A DNA stretch of 63,962 bases, the filler included, from Choristocarpus tenellus KU-1152 (lineage: Eukaryota > Protista > Phaeophyceae): assembly GCA_964200185.2 (NCBI GenBank). It is 10 parts of 10 records of this genome, joined end to end, with 100 filler letters (N's around TTAATTAATTAA, not from the genome) between each part and the next. Parts side by side here need not be neighbours in the genome. Positions count along the whole stretch, not along the records: positions 37,250 to 49,523 come from CAXNAD020001895.1; positions 49,624 to 54,373 come from CAXNAD020013204.1; 8 more parts are not named here. One strand, written 5' to 3'. Positions 38,030-51,519 of the stretch are shown piece after piece. The notes beneath the pieces were generated by a model, which ran no database searches, had not been told where the DNA came from, and saw nothing but the letters and a program-made list of their open reading frames with translations. Both the position numbers and the translations under genes were made by a program. The first letter of the stretch is position 1, and each line of letters begins with the position of its first letter.

Positions 38030-39416
38030 GAAGCAATTATACAAAGTGGGAGCACTCTTGTTTTCATGGATATAACGTTAGGCTTAACCTGCCGACCAAT
38101 AAGGGTGGTGTTTGAGCTATACGCCAACTTGTGCCCCAAGACGTGTGAGAATTTTCGGGCTCTTTGTGTTGGTTCCAATGGGAAATCAGCAGAGGGGGTT
38201 AGGTGAGTAACATTGATTGCTTTTCAACTTAGCGATGAATGCTGATGCTGCTCAACAAATCGCAAGGAAGTACTTTACTCTCATCTGTAGCATGGTGTGA
38301 CAGCATCCACCATCAGCTCCTGTTTCAGGTATCATCACACATATGTAGTCAAGAGACATGCTTGCTAGAGTCTCCATCAACTACTAGTTTCTTAAAAGCA
38401 TCTACCCCATCATGCTGTTTCGCTGCATGCTCGCTTGTCTCAAGGATCCCGCCAACAATGTTTTCCCCACCATGCAAAGGTTAGACTGACTTACAGGGGC
38501 AGCCTGTTCCACCGTGTAGTGCAAGATGGCTGGGTCCAAGGTGGGGACATTGTCTCCGGTGCTGGGGATGGTGGTGTGTCTATATATGGTGATACTTTTG
38601 CTGATGAAACCTTTACTGTGAAATTTGATGAGCCAGGGGTTCTGGCCATGGCAAACAATGGTCCTCACACAAATGCGTCGCAGTTCTTTATCACCTTGGC
38701 TGAGCAGCCATGGATGAACCATCGAGCTGTAGGTTTTGGAAGGTAAATACGGTGTGGTTGGCGAGGGGAACATGTATGTTGCAAATCTTTTCCAACACCA
38801 ATAGGCAGATATCATTTATCTAAGGCTTCATTAATGTACCCAGGGGCAGGCAATACATATGTCCTACACCAAGCAAGAATGCCTATTTTTGTCCTCTGAA
38901 GTTTTTAAATATGTGCTCAGTCATCGAAGGCAAGCTTCAACCCTTGGACCGCTGGTGTAGAACAGGATTGACTGGGGAACCTAACTCCTCATTGTGCAGA
39001 CTAGGTTTTATAGAATTGTTGCCCCAACGTTCCCACTGGAGAAATGCAAGTTCACTGCCTCGCCAGCAAATTTCCATAGAGTTGATGACATGTTGAATAT
39101 GAAGATATCGACCATGAGGAGTCTTCTCCTCACTAATGTAACCTGATTTGTATGATAAGGACTTGAGTATATCCGATCATGACAAAGCCAGCATGTCCAC
39201 AGCATAGCAATGATGAGTTCTCCTACCTACCTTCATCAACCAACAAACAAGAACATCGTCCGTTTCCATACCCTTGCCAGAGTGATCAAGGGGATGCAAG
39301 TTCTTCACCAGATGAGTGAGATGGACACCCTTAATCAGCGCCCCCTTGTCGAGTGCAAAATTGCAAAGGCAGGAGAGTTGAGTGCTGAAGATTTTGCCAC
39401 AGTTGAATGCAAGTGA
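38030..39416 (+). CDS. PPIL6: Cyclophilin-type peptidyl-prolyl isomerase, PPIL6-like, last three exons
   Basis: Exons 38030-38202, 38485-38742 and 39281-39416 (TGA), with phases 2 and 2. FELYANLCPKTCENFRALC, FHRVVQDGWVQGGD, GVLAMANNGPHTNASQFFITL and NQRPLVECKI are present; GWxQGGD and NxRP are PPIL6-type. Confidence 0.88.
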
Positions 39417-42400
39417 CCTGCTAAATCAGTTGAAACGAGCATTGATGCCACTGTGCATTTGAGATGAGGTTTACTCTCCAACAGAGTAGCAGTTAAGCAC
39501 AGAGTGAGGAATAGGAATGTGAGTTATCCACATCCAGGTCCTCACATGATCTATGCCCTTTGCTGTTTGCAATCTCGGATGAAATGCAAGTCAGTTCAAA
39601 GTGCCAAGGCAACACGACCTATCTCATCGTTGTTACCATGTTGGGATGGAGGAGGCACTCTTGTAGTGGCAAAGCATGTCATGATATTATGAGCTCTCAC
39701 AGTCTGCCTTTTAAACCTGATGCATATGCCATCCATCGAGTTGTAGTCTGCAATGGAACAATGAAATTACATGAGACCCCCTTTACCGCTACTCTGTGTC
39801 AGATCTTTGCAAAGCTCCAATTCCTAACAGTGGAGGATACAAGCAGAACAGCTTGCTACGACAATTATCAATAATACATTATGCTCTGAGCAGAAAAGGT
39901 CTATTGTCTCACAATCAACTTGCATTTCCACTTTCCCACTTGTGATATTGCACGCAGCACTGAGGGTGATATATAACTGTCAATATATAGTAATGAACAA
40001 ATTGAAGAAACTGAAAGGGGAATGTGTTTTGGCTGTTTTTAGTTTCAAAGTTTTTTCAAAGTTATTCAAAGAAAGAGAAGACATTTGAAGAGGGTGTGGA
40101 TAAATAGAACTTGTCGGCAAACTGAATGTACCCAAAAAAAAGACAACACGTTCTCTAAAACTTACTGTGACTGTGTGCCCGAAGACCCTATGCCACTAGA
40201 AAGCCAAAGAGGCCCTTCAAACTCAGCGGCAGTCCTCTTTCAGTTACCTTTTCTCAACAGAAGGAAGCATATCACAGAGGAGGATGAAGCAAATTTGGGT
40301 CAGCACCACAACATATACCATATACATACACATGTTCTTCAACAGTTCCGTCTCCTCCAGCAAGTTCCTGTCGTAGTACATACACAACCTTTCGGTTGTG
40401 AAACGTAGCTCTGAATTAAATGGGAAAATCTTCTTCCAAATGCAGCCGAAGAGATGAGAAAATAATTTAACATTTATTCAGCCAGTGAACGAAATGAAGT
40501 ACTGCCTTGTTTCCCTCTCCCATAATTCCACAGCCACTGTACTATTCTATTTCTCTGAGGTATTATTCATACTAGACTGAGAGTTCCTAGAACCACACCC
40601 TGATCAAAAGGTAGGAAAGAAAAAACTCGACAAGGCTACGAGTGGCAGCCAAGATCCAGACGCCACTCACAAGCAACTACCAGCTGGAGCAGAACGGTAT
40701 CAACGCTGCCAACATTGCCAAGGTCCCACGGGAGATGAGAAAATCTCCCATTCCTATAAGCAACACCATACACATATATTTGCAAAACCTTCTGGACAAA
40801 TGTTTTGATGGGTTCTCGCATGTGCTGCCCTCTCAATCCTCCCATCAGCACATCTATCCCTTCTTGGTATTGACTCTATTTTGAATTAGGTGTGCGGGTA
40901 AAGCGCGTGGTCCAATCAGACCCCACGAGGCCTTGAGATTCGAGGAATTGAGCAGTAGCAGATGCATGCTTTAGGTGACACAGCAATTTCGACAAAACCA
41001 ACGGTTGAGACTGGGTCCTGATGGCCCTGCCACCGTTAAACACGTTTTCGCCATGCCCTACTTCCTCTTCATCATTTGTATTATACGCACCGTCCTCGTC
41101 ACGCACCGCACTCGAGGGCAGCGGTGGAGGAGAAGGTGGAGCATGTGTTGCCTGGAGTGTTCGGAGATTTTGGACCATCTGCCGATGGAGGACTAGGTGC
41201 TTCTCGCGATGTTGATTCCAATCTAACCCAAGAGGAAGGCATGCTCTGCACTCAGGGCATTTAACCAGAACACGTCTGCATTCTACACTTTCAACCTGCA
41301 TCACAAACAGTCAAACCTTGACCTCCACCAATGTTGTCAAAACCGATCTACGCTGGATAACTTACTTGTACTGAAGTCCGCTGACCGCCTTTCCATCCCC
41401 GAACCCCCCCTTACCATTCCTCGTGTCTCCAGGTACCTTGACAGCGGGAATGTTGTTCCTACACTTACAATGCTTCGATTTAGCCCCCAGCTACTCTTGC
41501 CCCAACCAGGTCGCCTGTAGGAGAGTGCTCGCCTTATGGCCACCTGTGATGCGGTTGAATAGTTCACAAAGAAGTCCCTACACGGTTAGATTTAGCTTGT
41601 TCTACTGCGCTACTTCTGTTGCCATCAATACCATGTCGATCGATACCCCACTCTAGTTGTGTATAGTGTATGGTACCGCACCCAACACCAATCTTCAATG
41701 TTACGTTGTAGACTCCTGGAAAAGGAACCTTAATGATCAGAAATAGGGCCTCTAATACCCAATCTATGGGTCCTGACAGATACCCAGCGAGTCACAACAA
41801 TGTTCTTGGCTATCAGAACCTTACTTCGCAGTTTTTACACCAGAGTTACTTTTGTTGGCGAGTTACTCTTTTTACACTTTTACACTTATTGAAGGGGTGT
41901 TTGTTGACCTATACGCTTTTTTGTCCTCCATGCTTTTTTCCATCAACGTTTTATTGGCTCACTGAGGGGACCAAAGTTTGAAGCAGAACAAAGAAACAGA
42001 TCTCCACCGAGAACGACCAGTTGATAAAAAATGTTGTGGGGATGGAGGATGGAGGGCTCGCCCTATAAAGTCTAGTCAAGGTCTAGTGGTCTTAGTAGTC
42101 AGTCTGTTGGCACTTTAGTTGACTTGCCACTAGATTGGAGGAGGTGGATCGAGGCTCGGAGCTGAGGGAGAGGAGAAGGGAGTGAGAGAGGAAATGGGGA
42201 GAATTCCCAAAGATCAGTCCAGGTCGGAGATTTGATTTTCGTGGTTCATCTTGTGTATGTTTGGGGGGAGAGAGCAGCATTAGTCGGCTATAATGGCCCA
42301 TTTACTACCCTTGATCCTTCTCCTTTCTCACATGTAATTGAAGTCGGATGAGTACAGTTGTAAACTATAATTCGTAAGTTAGACCTCCACCCAGGTCTAT

Positions 42401-42477
42401 AGTTCTACAAAAAGACGAGGTGACCCGAGCTTTGGCCCCTGTCTCTACCATCTACCAGCCCTAGCACGGTATTGCAG

Positions 42478-45400
42478 CACCCGTCCTCCCAGGAGAGGGA
42501 GAAACTTATCTTTGCCGCAAGGCAGGCGAGGCCAAGAAGCGCTAGCTATGGGTCGGGAGACCGGTCAGGACCGCACAAGGATCCATTCCAGGAGAGACGA
42601 CTGACAGGAAGGACAGCCGAGAGGAAGCGTATGTCACTGCCCGAGGAAGAGCTGGGGCAGAGCTTTGAGAAGTTCCGGGATGGAGATGGGGCTGTGCCTG
42701 AGAAGGGGGACCTTCTGGGTGAAGGAGCCCAAAAGGTAGAGGACACGCAGGCGAAGGATGGGAGTGTATTGGTGAGTGTACGCAATCGGGTGCATGTGAT
42801 GGGGATGGGGGACATGTTGTGTGGATAGTGTAGCGTCCACTTGACCGACGCAAAATTTGAGCGGCCATGAACGATCAAGGCTGAACAATCTAGCTCATCT
42901 CAGAGACCCCAAGACTGCACTTGTTCGTGACTTTCCTTCATTGTTGGTGACAAGAGGTGACCCGGACGGTTTCACTTTACAACCGAAGAAGCCCTTCGAA
43001 GCAGACACAGGGCATGAATGTGTCTGATGTATGCTTTGTGAGCACCTCTGTCTTCCACTCAGCACTACTACGAAAAACATTGTTATGCGTCCCCATCCGT
43101 GACCCTCAATTGGTGCGTGGCCTTGACCTTAACTTCTCTTTCCAATGAGGAAGAGCCCATGCTACTCAAACCTGAACCCTTTTTGGGATTGATAGCTGTG
43201 TTTCAAATGAGCAATATGGAAAAGTACTGTGACCCTGCCTGTGAGAGTATGACTGCATCCAATTGTGTGTCCCCCTGCCCTGTGCGGGCAAACAAATTGT
43301 CCTATCTACTTCAACGCCAACAAGGTACCATCTGACCTATTTTATGGACAGACTCTCTATGCGCAGGTCTCTTTTCTTTATTATTTCATGGTCAATTGGG
43401 CACTTGTATGATTGATGGTAAATATACCATGCCAAGGGTTGACAACATGTGACTGGAGAGGGAATGTAGCCCACATCACACAACATCCAAAAAATCTCTG
43501 AATCGCTGCAGTCTGGGAGGCTACTGTGGTGGCATGTCAAATGGATACAATTGTACACATATTTTAGGCTAATATATTGTAAGCCTGACCAGCTCATTCT
43601 TAGACCTCCCTAACCTTAATTTTAGCCTTTTCCAACCTCTCCATCTCTCTAGATATGCATAGTGTGTGGTGTGTATGACTAACACATCGTGATTCTTTTG
43701 TTCTAATGTGTGTGCGTGTGTTGCAGGTGATGGCATTCATGTTGATGATTTTTGTCGGCACCGGGAATCGCATCTTCATGAAACTGCAAACATACCCCAT
43801 GTACAACTACCCCTTCTTCCTGACTATGCTCACCACCTTCATATACATACCCATCTGCTTTGCCTACATATTGCCCATGTTGGCCTTCGGGTGAGTGTTT
43901 TTTGTTTGTCTTCCTCTCATGATGAGGTGAAGTTCTTGAAGGGCCTCAAGGACCCTGCCAATATGGACATGAGGGGAAGATGTATAGCCCATCTTAGCGT
44001 GATACAGGCAGTGTTAGGGTTAGGGTTAGGGTTAGATGGCGGTACTCGCGTATAATCACAATTGCACCTCCCTTGAGTACAGAGATTGGTGCTGTTTGAG
44101 AGGCTCAAGGCTTAGGGTTAGGGTAGCAAGTGTTTTTGGCGTGTGTGTGATTAGGGTTAGGGCTATGCACACACCGTCCATGGTGTTGATGGTGTCTGTG
44201 TTGAGCCTTGTGAAGGCGTGACAAGTCTACTTTCTATGTAGAATGCATTCACAAGTTGAGAAAGGCAACCAGTCAACGAGGGAGGGTAATTTGTGAGTGA
44301 CTTAAAAGGTGTAACTCTTTAAGGCAATATATATTTCTATGTAGATAACTCGTCATGCTTCTGAATACTTCGAGGTTGGTGCTGTGTACTTGGAGAGGTA
44401 TTGAACTGGTTTTGTGAGGGCAATCCTTGATGGATGCGCATCTGAGATGGGATCAGTTTGTGTGTAGATTGTATTAGTTAGGGTTAGGGTTAGGTTTAGG
44501 GTTAGGTTTTTAGATTGTATTAGTTAGGGATAGGGTTGGGGTTAGGTTTTTAGATTGTATGTAGATTGTATGTAGTACACGTGAGGAAAAACGAAAAAAC
44601 ATCCTTGGGCAACACCTGTAACGTTAAAAAAATTAAGTGTGTCTTTGCGGCAGTCTTCCCAGACTGAAACGCCTCCTCCTGTTTGCTTTGTTGATTGTGG
44701 TCATTGTGATAGGGTTAGGGCTAACCCTAACCCTATTGTGGTACCTGTAACCCTAACTTTAGTTGTTCAGTGTTCCACGGTACTCAAGTCATACCTCAGA
44801 GGAGTCTATTGATGGCTTGGTAAAACAGCGTTGCTATCCCAGGTTCAGATGCACTGCTTGAGTGAGGGGGTGAGAAGATGGAGAAGTCATATCGTGTGAG
44901 TCTTCACAGACCTAAGCCGGAGACCTTTTCATCTCGCGTTTTTTTATTTGCAATTTGTGTGTGTGTGTTCACTTTAAAGTAGGTCTTCTCAATAGAGCTG
45001 TGCTTTGATTTACTATTTCACCACCTTTTTTTTTTCTGCAGGTCTAACATAACACCTCAGCAAGTGGCCATTCCAAAGTACAAGTTTGCCATAATGGGAC
45101 TATTAGATTCTGTTGCAGGCATCATGGGTGTGTTTGCAGTGAACTACATCTCCAATGCAGCCATGATAGTCCTCCTGCAGCAGGCTGCCATCCCCATCTC
45201 CATGTCGATCTCCAAAGCCTTTCTCAAGGCACGCTACACAACCAGCCAGGTGAGTGAGGGTACCAGCCCTTGTCCATTTCCATCACCCCCAAAATAGGGG
45301 TGATGGAAACGGACAAGGGCACCATTGATGTGATGCGATGGGGGTAGGAACACAGGAACTGTCGGCCAATGTAGTGGTTAGGGTTAGGGTTAGGGTTGGG

Positions 45401-46397
45401 GATAGGGATAGGGATTGCCAATGTTGAAGTTGACTTTGACCTGGGCTCATTCTTTTTGAGGGGTGAAATACTTTTGTAAGTTGCGAAGTGAGTTAGGGAA
45501 TCTCAAGGTTTAGTTGTTTCATAATGAGTGTATTTGTTATATTGGAAGAGGAATCCCTGATTGGTCAATGCTACGATGCTGTTGAATCTCATATTCTGTC
45601 TCTTGAAGAGTGCGGCGTAGGAAATGGATCTGCTATACAGCAATCTTGGATCTCACCTCCATATCAAACATCTTTTTTGACCAAATACTTTTGGATGTAC
45701 TCTGTATGTATGCCTTGGAAAAGAGATCGGTGCTCGGACAGACACCAGTCCTATTGCTTGTCACCCACTTCAGGACTAGTCAATGTGTAAATACTTCAAC
45801 AGAGTGTATGATAAGTGCTTCAACAGAGTGTACAACAAGTACTTCAACAGAGTGTATGATAAGTACTTCAATAGAGTGTACAACAAGTACTTCAACAGAG
45901 TGTACGGTAAGTACACAGGAGAACTTTTTATTATTTTACTCTCTCTCTTATCTGCTACAGAGTGCTATGTAGCACCTTTTTGTGGTGAAGGAGTATTACT
46001 CACTGCTCGCCCCCCCCCCCCTACTGCTCATGCATGGATTCTATTTTTTTGTTCTAAGTATGTTGGTGCGACAGTAGTGATAGCAGGTATCATTGTCACT
46101 CTCATACCCACGTTTGTTGGGAAGACCAAGGCAGAGGACAACACAGATGATGCCCTCACCCAGATCACTTGGAGCATTGTTCAGGTGGGAAGAAACTGGT
46201 ATCAACCTCTCCATCCTGTTCAGTGTTGCCAAAGGTTTATGTCTTACATTGTTCTAATTGTTCCTGCCCTGTTTTTGATGGAAATTGATGGAAATTGATG
46301 AGGGTGTCGTGAATTGGTAAATGATGGCGCCCAGTCTACACTGTGAGGTTCGATGTTAAAATGAATCAATGTTGAAATGATTCAATGTTGAAACTAA

Positions 46398-46429
<32 letters not shown>

Positions 46430-48839
46430 GTCCAGTACTGCAAGAACTGACTGTAAACCTGGCCGTGATTGGTCGATTCTGTGCTGGTCTGGTTGATATT
46501 GAAATAGACTGTTGTTCATGTAAGTAGTGAAGACTTGATCGGGATAGAAGTTGAGAATAGGGCTTGGGTTTGGGTTAGGGTTAGGGTTAGGGTTAGGTGA
46601 AGGGGGCCTCATATGGTCCCCCTCTGCCAAGCGTGAAGGTGAGAGACATAGTTGTAGTATGATGGAAGAGTGACCTTGTGGATTATCTTGATAATAATTT
46701 TTCATCTAGCTAGTTCTTCCTCTGCATGTGTAGAGCACAAAATGCCATGTGATAATTTTCACAAACCTATGTGTTGGTATTGATGAGTTTATTGTATTTA
46801 TAGTTCAATAGTACATATAGTTTAATGGTACATAAAGTTTAGTAGTACATAATGTTTAATTGTATATATAGTTTAATAGCATGTATAGTTTCCTGACAAT
46901 ATCTCCATCTTTGCCTTTAAGAAATACATGTTATGACTCTCAATGTGGGGTAGTCATGACTCTAACGGCAGGATGAGCTGGTTCAGTCAATGTGATTGCA
47001 ATCACTGCAAATGTAATATCCTATCATCTCATTAGTGACATCTCACACCTCACACCACTAAGGCCAAAGCATTGACTCATACACCCCTCCCACAAGTCTC
47101 TTTATACAGGATTGTTTGTCATCAAAGATGATGACAAAGATTGTTATAATTATTATTAATTTTCCTCTTGGTGGAGTAACTTGTGATGTCAAACGGTTAC
47201 TGCTGTACTACTGCAGTTTTTATTTATTTGTTGTTTACATGTTATTTATTTTATTTTATGTTGCTGTTGCTGTTGTTATACTGGGACCAATAGCCCTGTG
47301 GTTGTTACATTGTCATGTGTCTGTTGGGCTACTTTGAGCCTCTTGTGATGGAATGAATCGTTGAGGTATTGTAGTGTGCACAATTTGTCAGATAAAATAA
47401 AAACAATCGAATATCTCCTTTACAAGCACACCCTCTTACTCTTTCTAATATAATCGATAAAATAAAAATAATCAAATCTCACCTCTACAGACGCACCCTC
47501 TGACTCTTTTTTAGTATAATCAATAGAATAAAAACAATCGAATCTCTCCTTGACAGACACGCCCTATTAACTCTTTTTTGAATCTTTACTACTGTTGCCA
47601 CTGTGTCTCTAGCTGTTGAGCACAGTATTTATCAAATTGAATCAAAGATTCTTGATGCACTCACTAACTCTAAATTAGAATCAAATTGCGCGTTCAGCAC
47701 GCACAGTGAGGAGCACCGAATATATGTATATATACATATATATTACAGCAGTGCATATGAGCAAAAGAATCTCTGTTTTTTGTGTTTTTCAAGAATTGTA
47801 TTGATTCAACTGCTGCAACTCCTTAACTCTTTCTTGTGCAAAGCCAGTATTAACATTATTACATTAACATCATTGCTCTTATTGCCTTGAAATTAAAGGT
47901 TAGGGTTAATAAGCCCAGCGTTAATATCTTCATTGTTAACACAATTTTTTTTAAGAAATAGAACTTGCTCCTCCAATAAAAGGCAGGCTCAAAAAAAGGT
48001 CTGCAATTGGTGACTCTGCTACTCTGCTACCTCCCTCGGCCCTCGATGACCAGTTACAGTTTGTACTGAACCTTAACAATCCTTATCATTCCTTTGGTGA
48101 TCACCCTAACCCTAACCCTGTGTCTTTCCTGCAGGTGCTATCATGTATTCCCATGTGCTTGAGCTCTGTGTACAAGGAAAAGGCTCTTGGTGATGATGAT
48201 ATGGATGTCATATACCTCAATGGATGGGTGGCTGTGTTCCAGTTCATGGCCTCCTTGCTCTTCGCGGTACCTTCAGCATATGCTATGGGGCTGCCCATAG
48301 TGGTAAACTCTGGCCCTGGAGCAGTGATGGGCTACAATGTAGTTACGATATATAGTATATGATATATAGTGGAGAAAAAAATATATATTAGGAGATCGTT
48401 GGCTGTGCACAATGAAGACAGAGGTTAGGATTATGATATCTTCTGCTTTCCAGAGTCAAGTTGAGAATGGGTTATGCTGAGGATGAGGCTGCAGGGGACC
48501 ATGGCATGAACAGTGACGTTTAGACAAATGAGACTACTTGTTTGTAATGAGCCAATCAGATGCCCCCATTCTGCCGCCCCCCTTACTCTGTCAGTGTAGC
48601 TATGGTTAATATTATTATTGCTGTTGTTATTATCACTGTTATCAATGTTATCACTGTTAATCTTGGCACGGGGTTGAATGTTTCCCCCCCTGATTGCATG
48701 GCTTGGTTCTACCTGGACCTTGTACCTGCGCCTACTGCGGTCCAAGTACCAAGTGTCATTTAACCCTAACCCTAACCCTAACCCCATCAATAGCATTAAT
48801 ACGATTGGACCCTTTACATTCACGGTTTGCTGTTAACCA

Positions 48840-48875
<36 letters not shown>

Positions 48876-49058
48876 GTAATAGTAACTGTTTGTGGGTACA
48901 AGTTGTTGCTTATGTGTACATTTGTTTAAATTTGTGTACTTTTGTGTAGTATTTATCGATAAAGAACCAACCCTCTGACTGGTTCTTATCCGCATCTCCA
49001 GGATCTTCCCATCAACACCTACGAAGGTTACAAGTGCTTTCTGGGAGTTAACAGCCAG
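42478..49058 (+). CDS. CRT-like (chloroquine-resistance-transporter-like, DMT superfamily) transporter, partial spliced gene
   Basis: Exons ~42478-42771, 43727-43890, 45042-45249, 46059-46184, 48135-48302 and 49002-49058, with canonical splice sites and consistent phases. Motifs: GTGNRIFMKLQTYPMYNYPFFL, PKYKFAIMGLLD, LLQQAAIPISM, SCIPMCLSSVYKE, NGWVAVFQ, GYKCFLGVNS. Confidence 0.9.
44709..44736. repeat. Head-to-head telomeric inverted repeat
   Basis: ATAGGGTTAGGG-CTAA-CCCTAACCCTAT, a perfect 12-bp stem. Confidence 0.85.
45787..45913 (+). repeat. 24-bp tandem repeat, ~5 copies, alternating variants
   Basis: Core AAGTACTTCAACAGAGTGTA with alternating TGAT / CAAC. Confidence 0.92.
46800..46890 (+). 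repeat. Diverged 17-bp tandem repeat, ~5 copies
   Basis: Units resemble ATAGTTTAATAGTACAT. Confidence 0.8.
47392..47584 (+). repeat. Diverged ~65-bp tandem repeat x3
   Basis: Each unit begins ATAAAATAAAAACAATCGAAT and contains CACCCTCT.ACTCTTT. Confidence 0.85.
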
Positions 49059-49523
49059 GTTACCAGCATGGCTCAGGGGTAAGGAGTAGATGCTGCTGAT
49101 CTCATGAGTGTGTCAGATTTGATCCCTGGACCTTTTTAACTGATGGGTGATTTGAATTGGGTTAGGGTTAGGGTTGCGACTGTTTTCTGATACTTGAGAT
49201 CACTTTCGTCTTGTTCTTTGAAGGCGTGTTTCTTATGTAGTGAGGAGAAATGTTTTGCTGTGCTTGGGAAGGCGTTTTCTATCTCTTACTTGGAAGGCAC
49301 TTTTGTTGTTAACTTTCAAGGGTGATAGAGACTTGGGTAAGGTGGTATTGTCTATGTCTGTGACACTGGTGCTGGAGCTGTCAACAAAAGTGATGGTGTT
49401 CGGAGGGGGGGCAAGGGCAGAAAGGGCAGTGAGTGGGGGGGGGGGGGGGGGGGGGGGTGTTTTTTTTGGGGGGGGGGGGGTTTTTTTTTAATAAAAAAAA
49501 TATTCTTTTTTTATTCTTTTGTT

Positions 49524-49623
49524 NNNNNNNNNNNNNNNNNNNNNNNNNNNNNNNNNNNNNNNNNNNNTTAATTAATTAANNNNNNNNNNNNNNNNNNNNN
49601 NNNNNNNNNNNNNNNNNNNNNNN
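49524..49623. other. Artificial contig linker
   Basis: N44-TTAATTAATTAA-N44. Confidence 0.98.
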
Positions 49624-50482
49624 ACCCCCCCCCAATCCTCTCCCATCTCCATTTCTCATGCGAACAACAGAAAATCGAGTTTGGGTCCTCATTTTCGAGA
49701 CTGAACAATGAAGAAAGGGCTAGCCTATTTAATGCTGCCGCAGTGGAGGTGAGAGGCGTGTCCACATGCACTATCTTGATTCCATTAGTATGTTGTGCAT
49801 CGAAATGGTCATCTGGGGGCTCTTAGAGTCGTCTTATTCCCAGTTATTTTTTTGGTTCCACGTACGCATACATGTACACGGGTAAATACTTTCTTATGGA
49901 TTGAATTGAAGTGGTTGTTATGTGTTTTTTTTTCTTTATTCTACGGTTTTGTATTACGGTGTAAAATATAAAAAATATATACATGTATATATATACATGT
50001 ATATAGATTTTTTTTAACGGTCAGTAGGTTTTGAGGAGCGTATTCTACTGTTTCGCATTACAACACTTTTTACAATAATAATAATAATAATAATCAGAAG
50101 GGTTGGGGTAAATTTGTATCGTGCAGTTTCGTGGGTGGTTTCACTTTGCAGGCTCAACATTAACCCTAACCCTAACCCTAAGCATGTTTAAAAGAAAAAA
50201 GGAAAGAGTACGTGATCGGGGAGAGGAGTTAACTGCAAATAAAAAGTGTAATTCTAGGTATCGCATCGATATTAATTTGAATGTACAGACGCGAGCAAAC
50301 CTGTAGGTGTTTTTGTAACTGTCACAGCCCTCCCTACCCTGCTAAAGAGTAAAATAAAATACCTCAAAAGGATTTAAAAAATAAAAAAGTTGAATTCCGA
50401 CCAAATCCGACCCAGCTTGTGATTTTATTTTATTTTATTTTATTTTTTCCAAAAAAGAGGGTGTACCGGCGTAGGTATGCAG

Positions 50483-50538
50483 TGTATCAAGTCTAAAATG
50501 TATCAAGTCTAAAATGTATCAAGTCTAAAGTGTATCAA
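50483..50538 (+). repeat. 16-bp tandem repeat, ~3.5 copies
   Basis: TGTATCAAGTCTAAAA units. Confidence 0.9.
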
Positions 50539-50836
50539 GAGTCTGCTTGTCTCTTATGTTAGCCAACGGAAATCGCTGACATTCTGGGGGTCGCCCTTCA
50601 ATTTTAAGAGAATCCCTAACCCTAACCCTAACGCTAAGAATTGTGCGTAAAGAAATTGCGTGCGAAAACGCAATTGGCGCGCTCTTCAACTGCTGGGTTG
50701 TTGTGAGTTCCGTGTAGTGCACGATGCACGCCTTCCAACTTGTGCAATCTTTAGCTCGATTGGATAAGAGGCAAGAAGGACCACTGCGCTGAAGTCTTGT
50801 TATCTAGTTGTAAGATTTCATTAACAGAGTCCCCCT

Positions 50837-50872
<36 letters not shown>

Positions 50873-50961
50873 ACCCCCCCNNNNNNNNNNTGGTGTGAAA
50901 AAAAAAAAAAAGAAACCCCGCCCGCCAGTTTTTTTTTTTTTTTTTATAATTATTTTAAAAA

Positions 50962-51012
<51 letters not shown>

Positions 51013-51054
51013 CCCCGAATTAGAAAGCAAAAAATACTTCCTCTTCTTCCATCA

Positions 51055-51080
51055 GGGTTAGGGTTAGGGTTAGGGTTAGG
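51055..51080 (+). repeat. Interstitial telomeric repeat (TTAGGG)~4
   Basis: AGGGTTAGGGTTAGGGTTAGGGTTAGG; one of many such short tracts in the window. Confidence 0.9.
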
Positions 51081-51519
51081 AGCAACAAATCCAACACGTG
51101 CACCAAAAATAATCTTCTTGTAGGATAAAGGGTTAGGGTTAGGGGAGGTTGACTACGATGTGTAGTTAGTTGGCTGTCATCGGTTGCTTTAGTTTTATTT
51201 TATTGTCAACAGGTTGCATGTTTTAGTCTGTGGCGCTGAATGCATGCTAGATTTCCTCCCCCCACCCCCAACTGCTCTTCTTTTTTTTTGTAAGAATTGT
51301 TCTAAGCTGCAAATTGATCTCTCTTCTACGTGTGACTGTTGTACGTATGTCTGCAGTGCATGTCTTGCCCCTGTTAATTGCAATTGATGAAGTTGGTATT
51401 ATAGGAGATACTTGAGTTGCTATTTGTAATAGAGCAACACTGCCATTGTTATTATCAATAATATTTATTATTATTATTATTGTTGTTGTTGTATTAGTAG
51501 TGGTTGTAGTAGTAGTAGT

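Noticed and set aside
45787-45913. 24-bp repeat as a mini-CRISPR or repeat protein
   Set aside because: The variable part is only 4 nt and alternates between two states; the array lies in an intron of the CRT-like gene.
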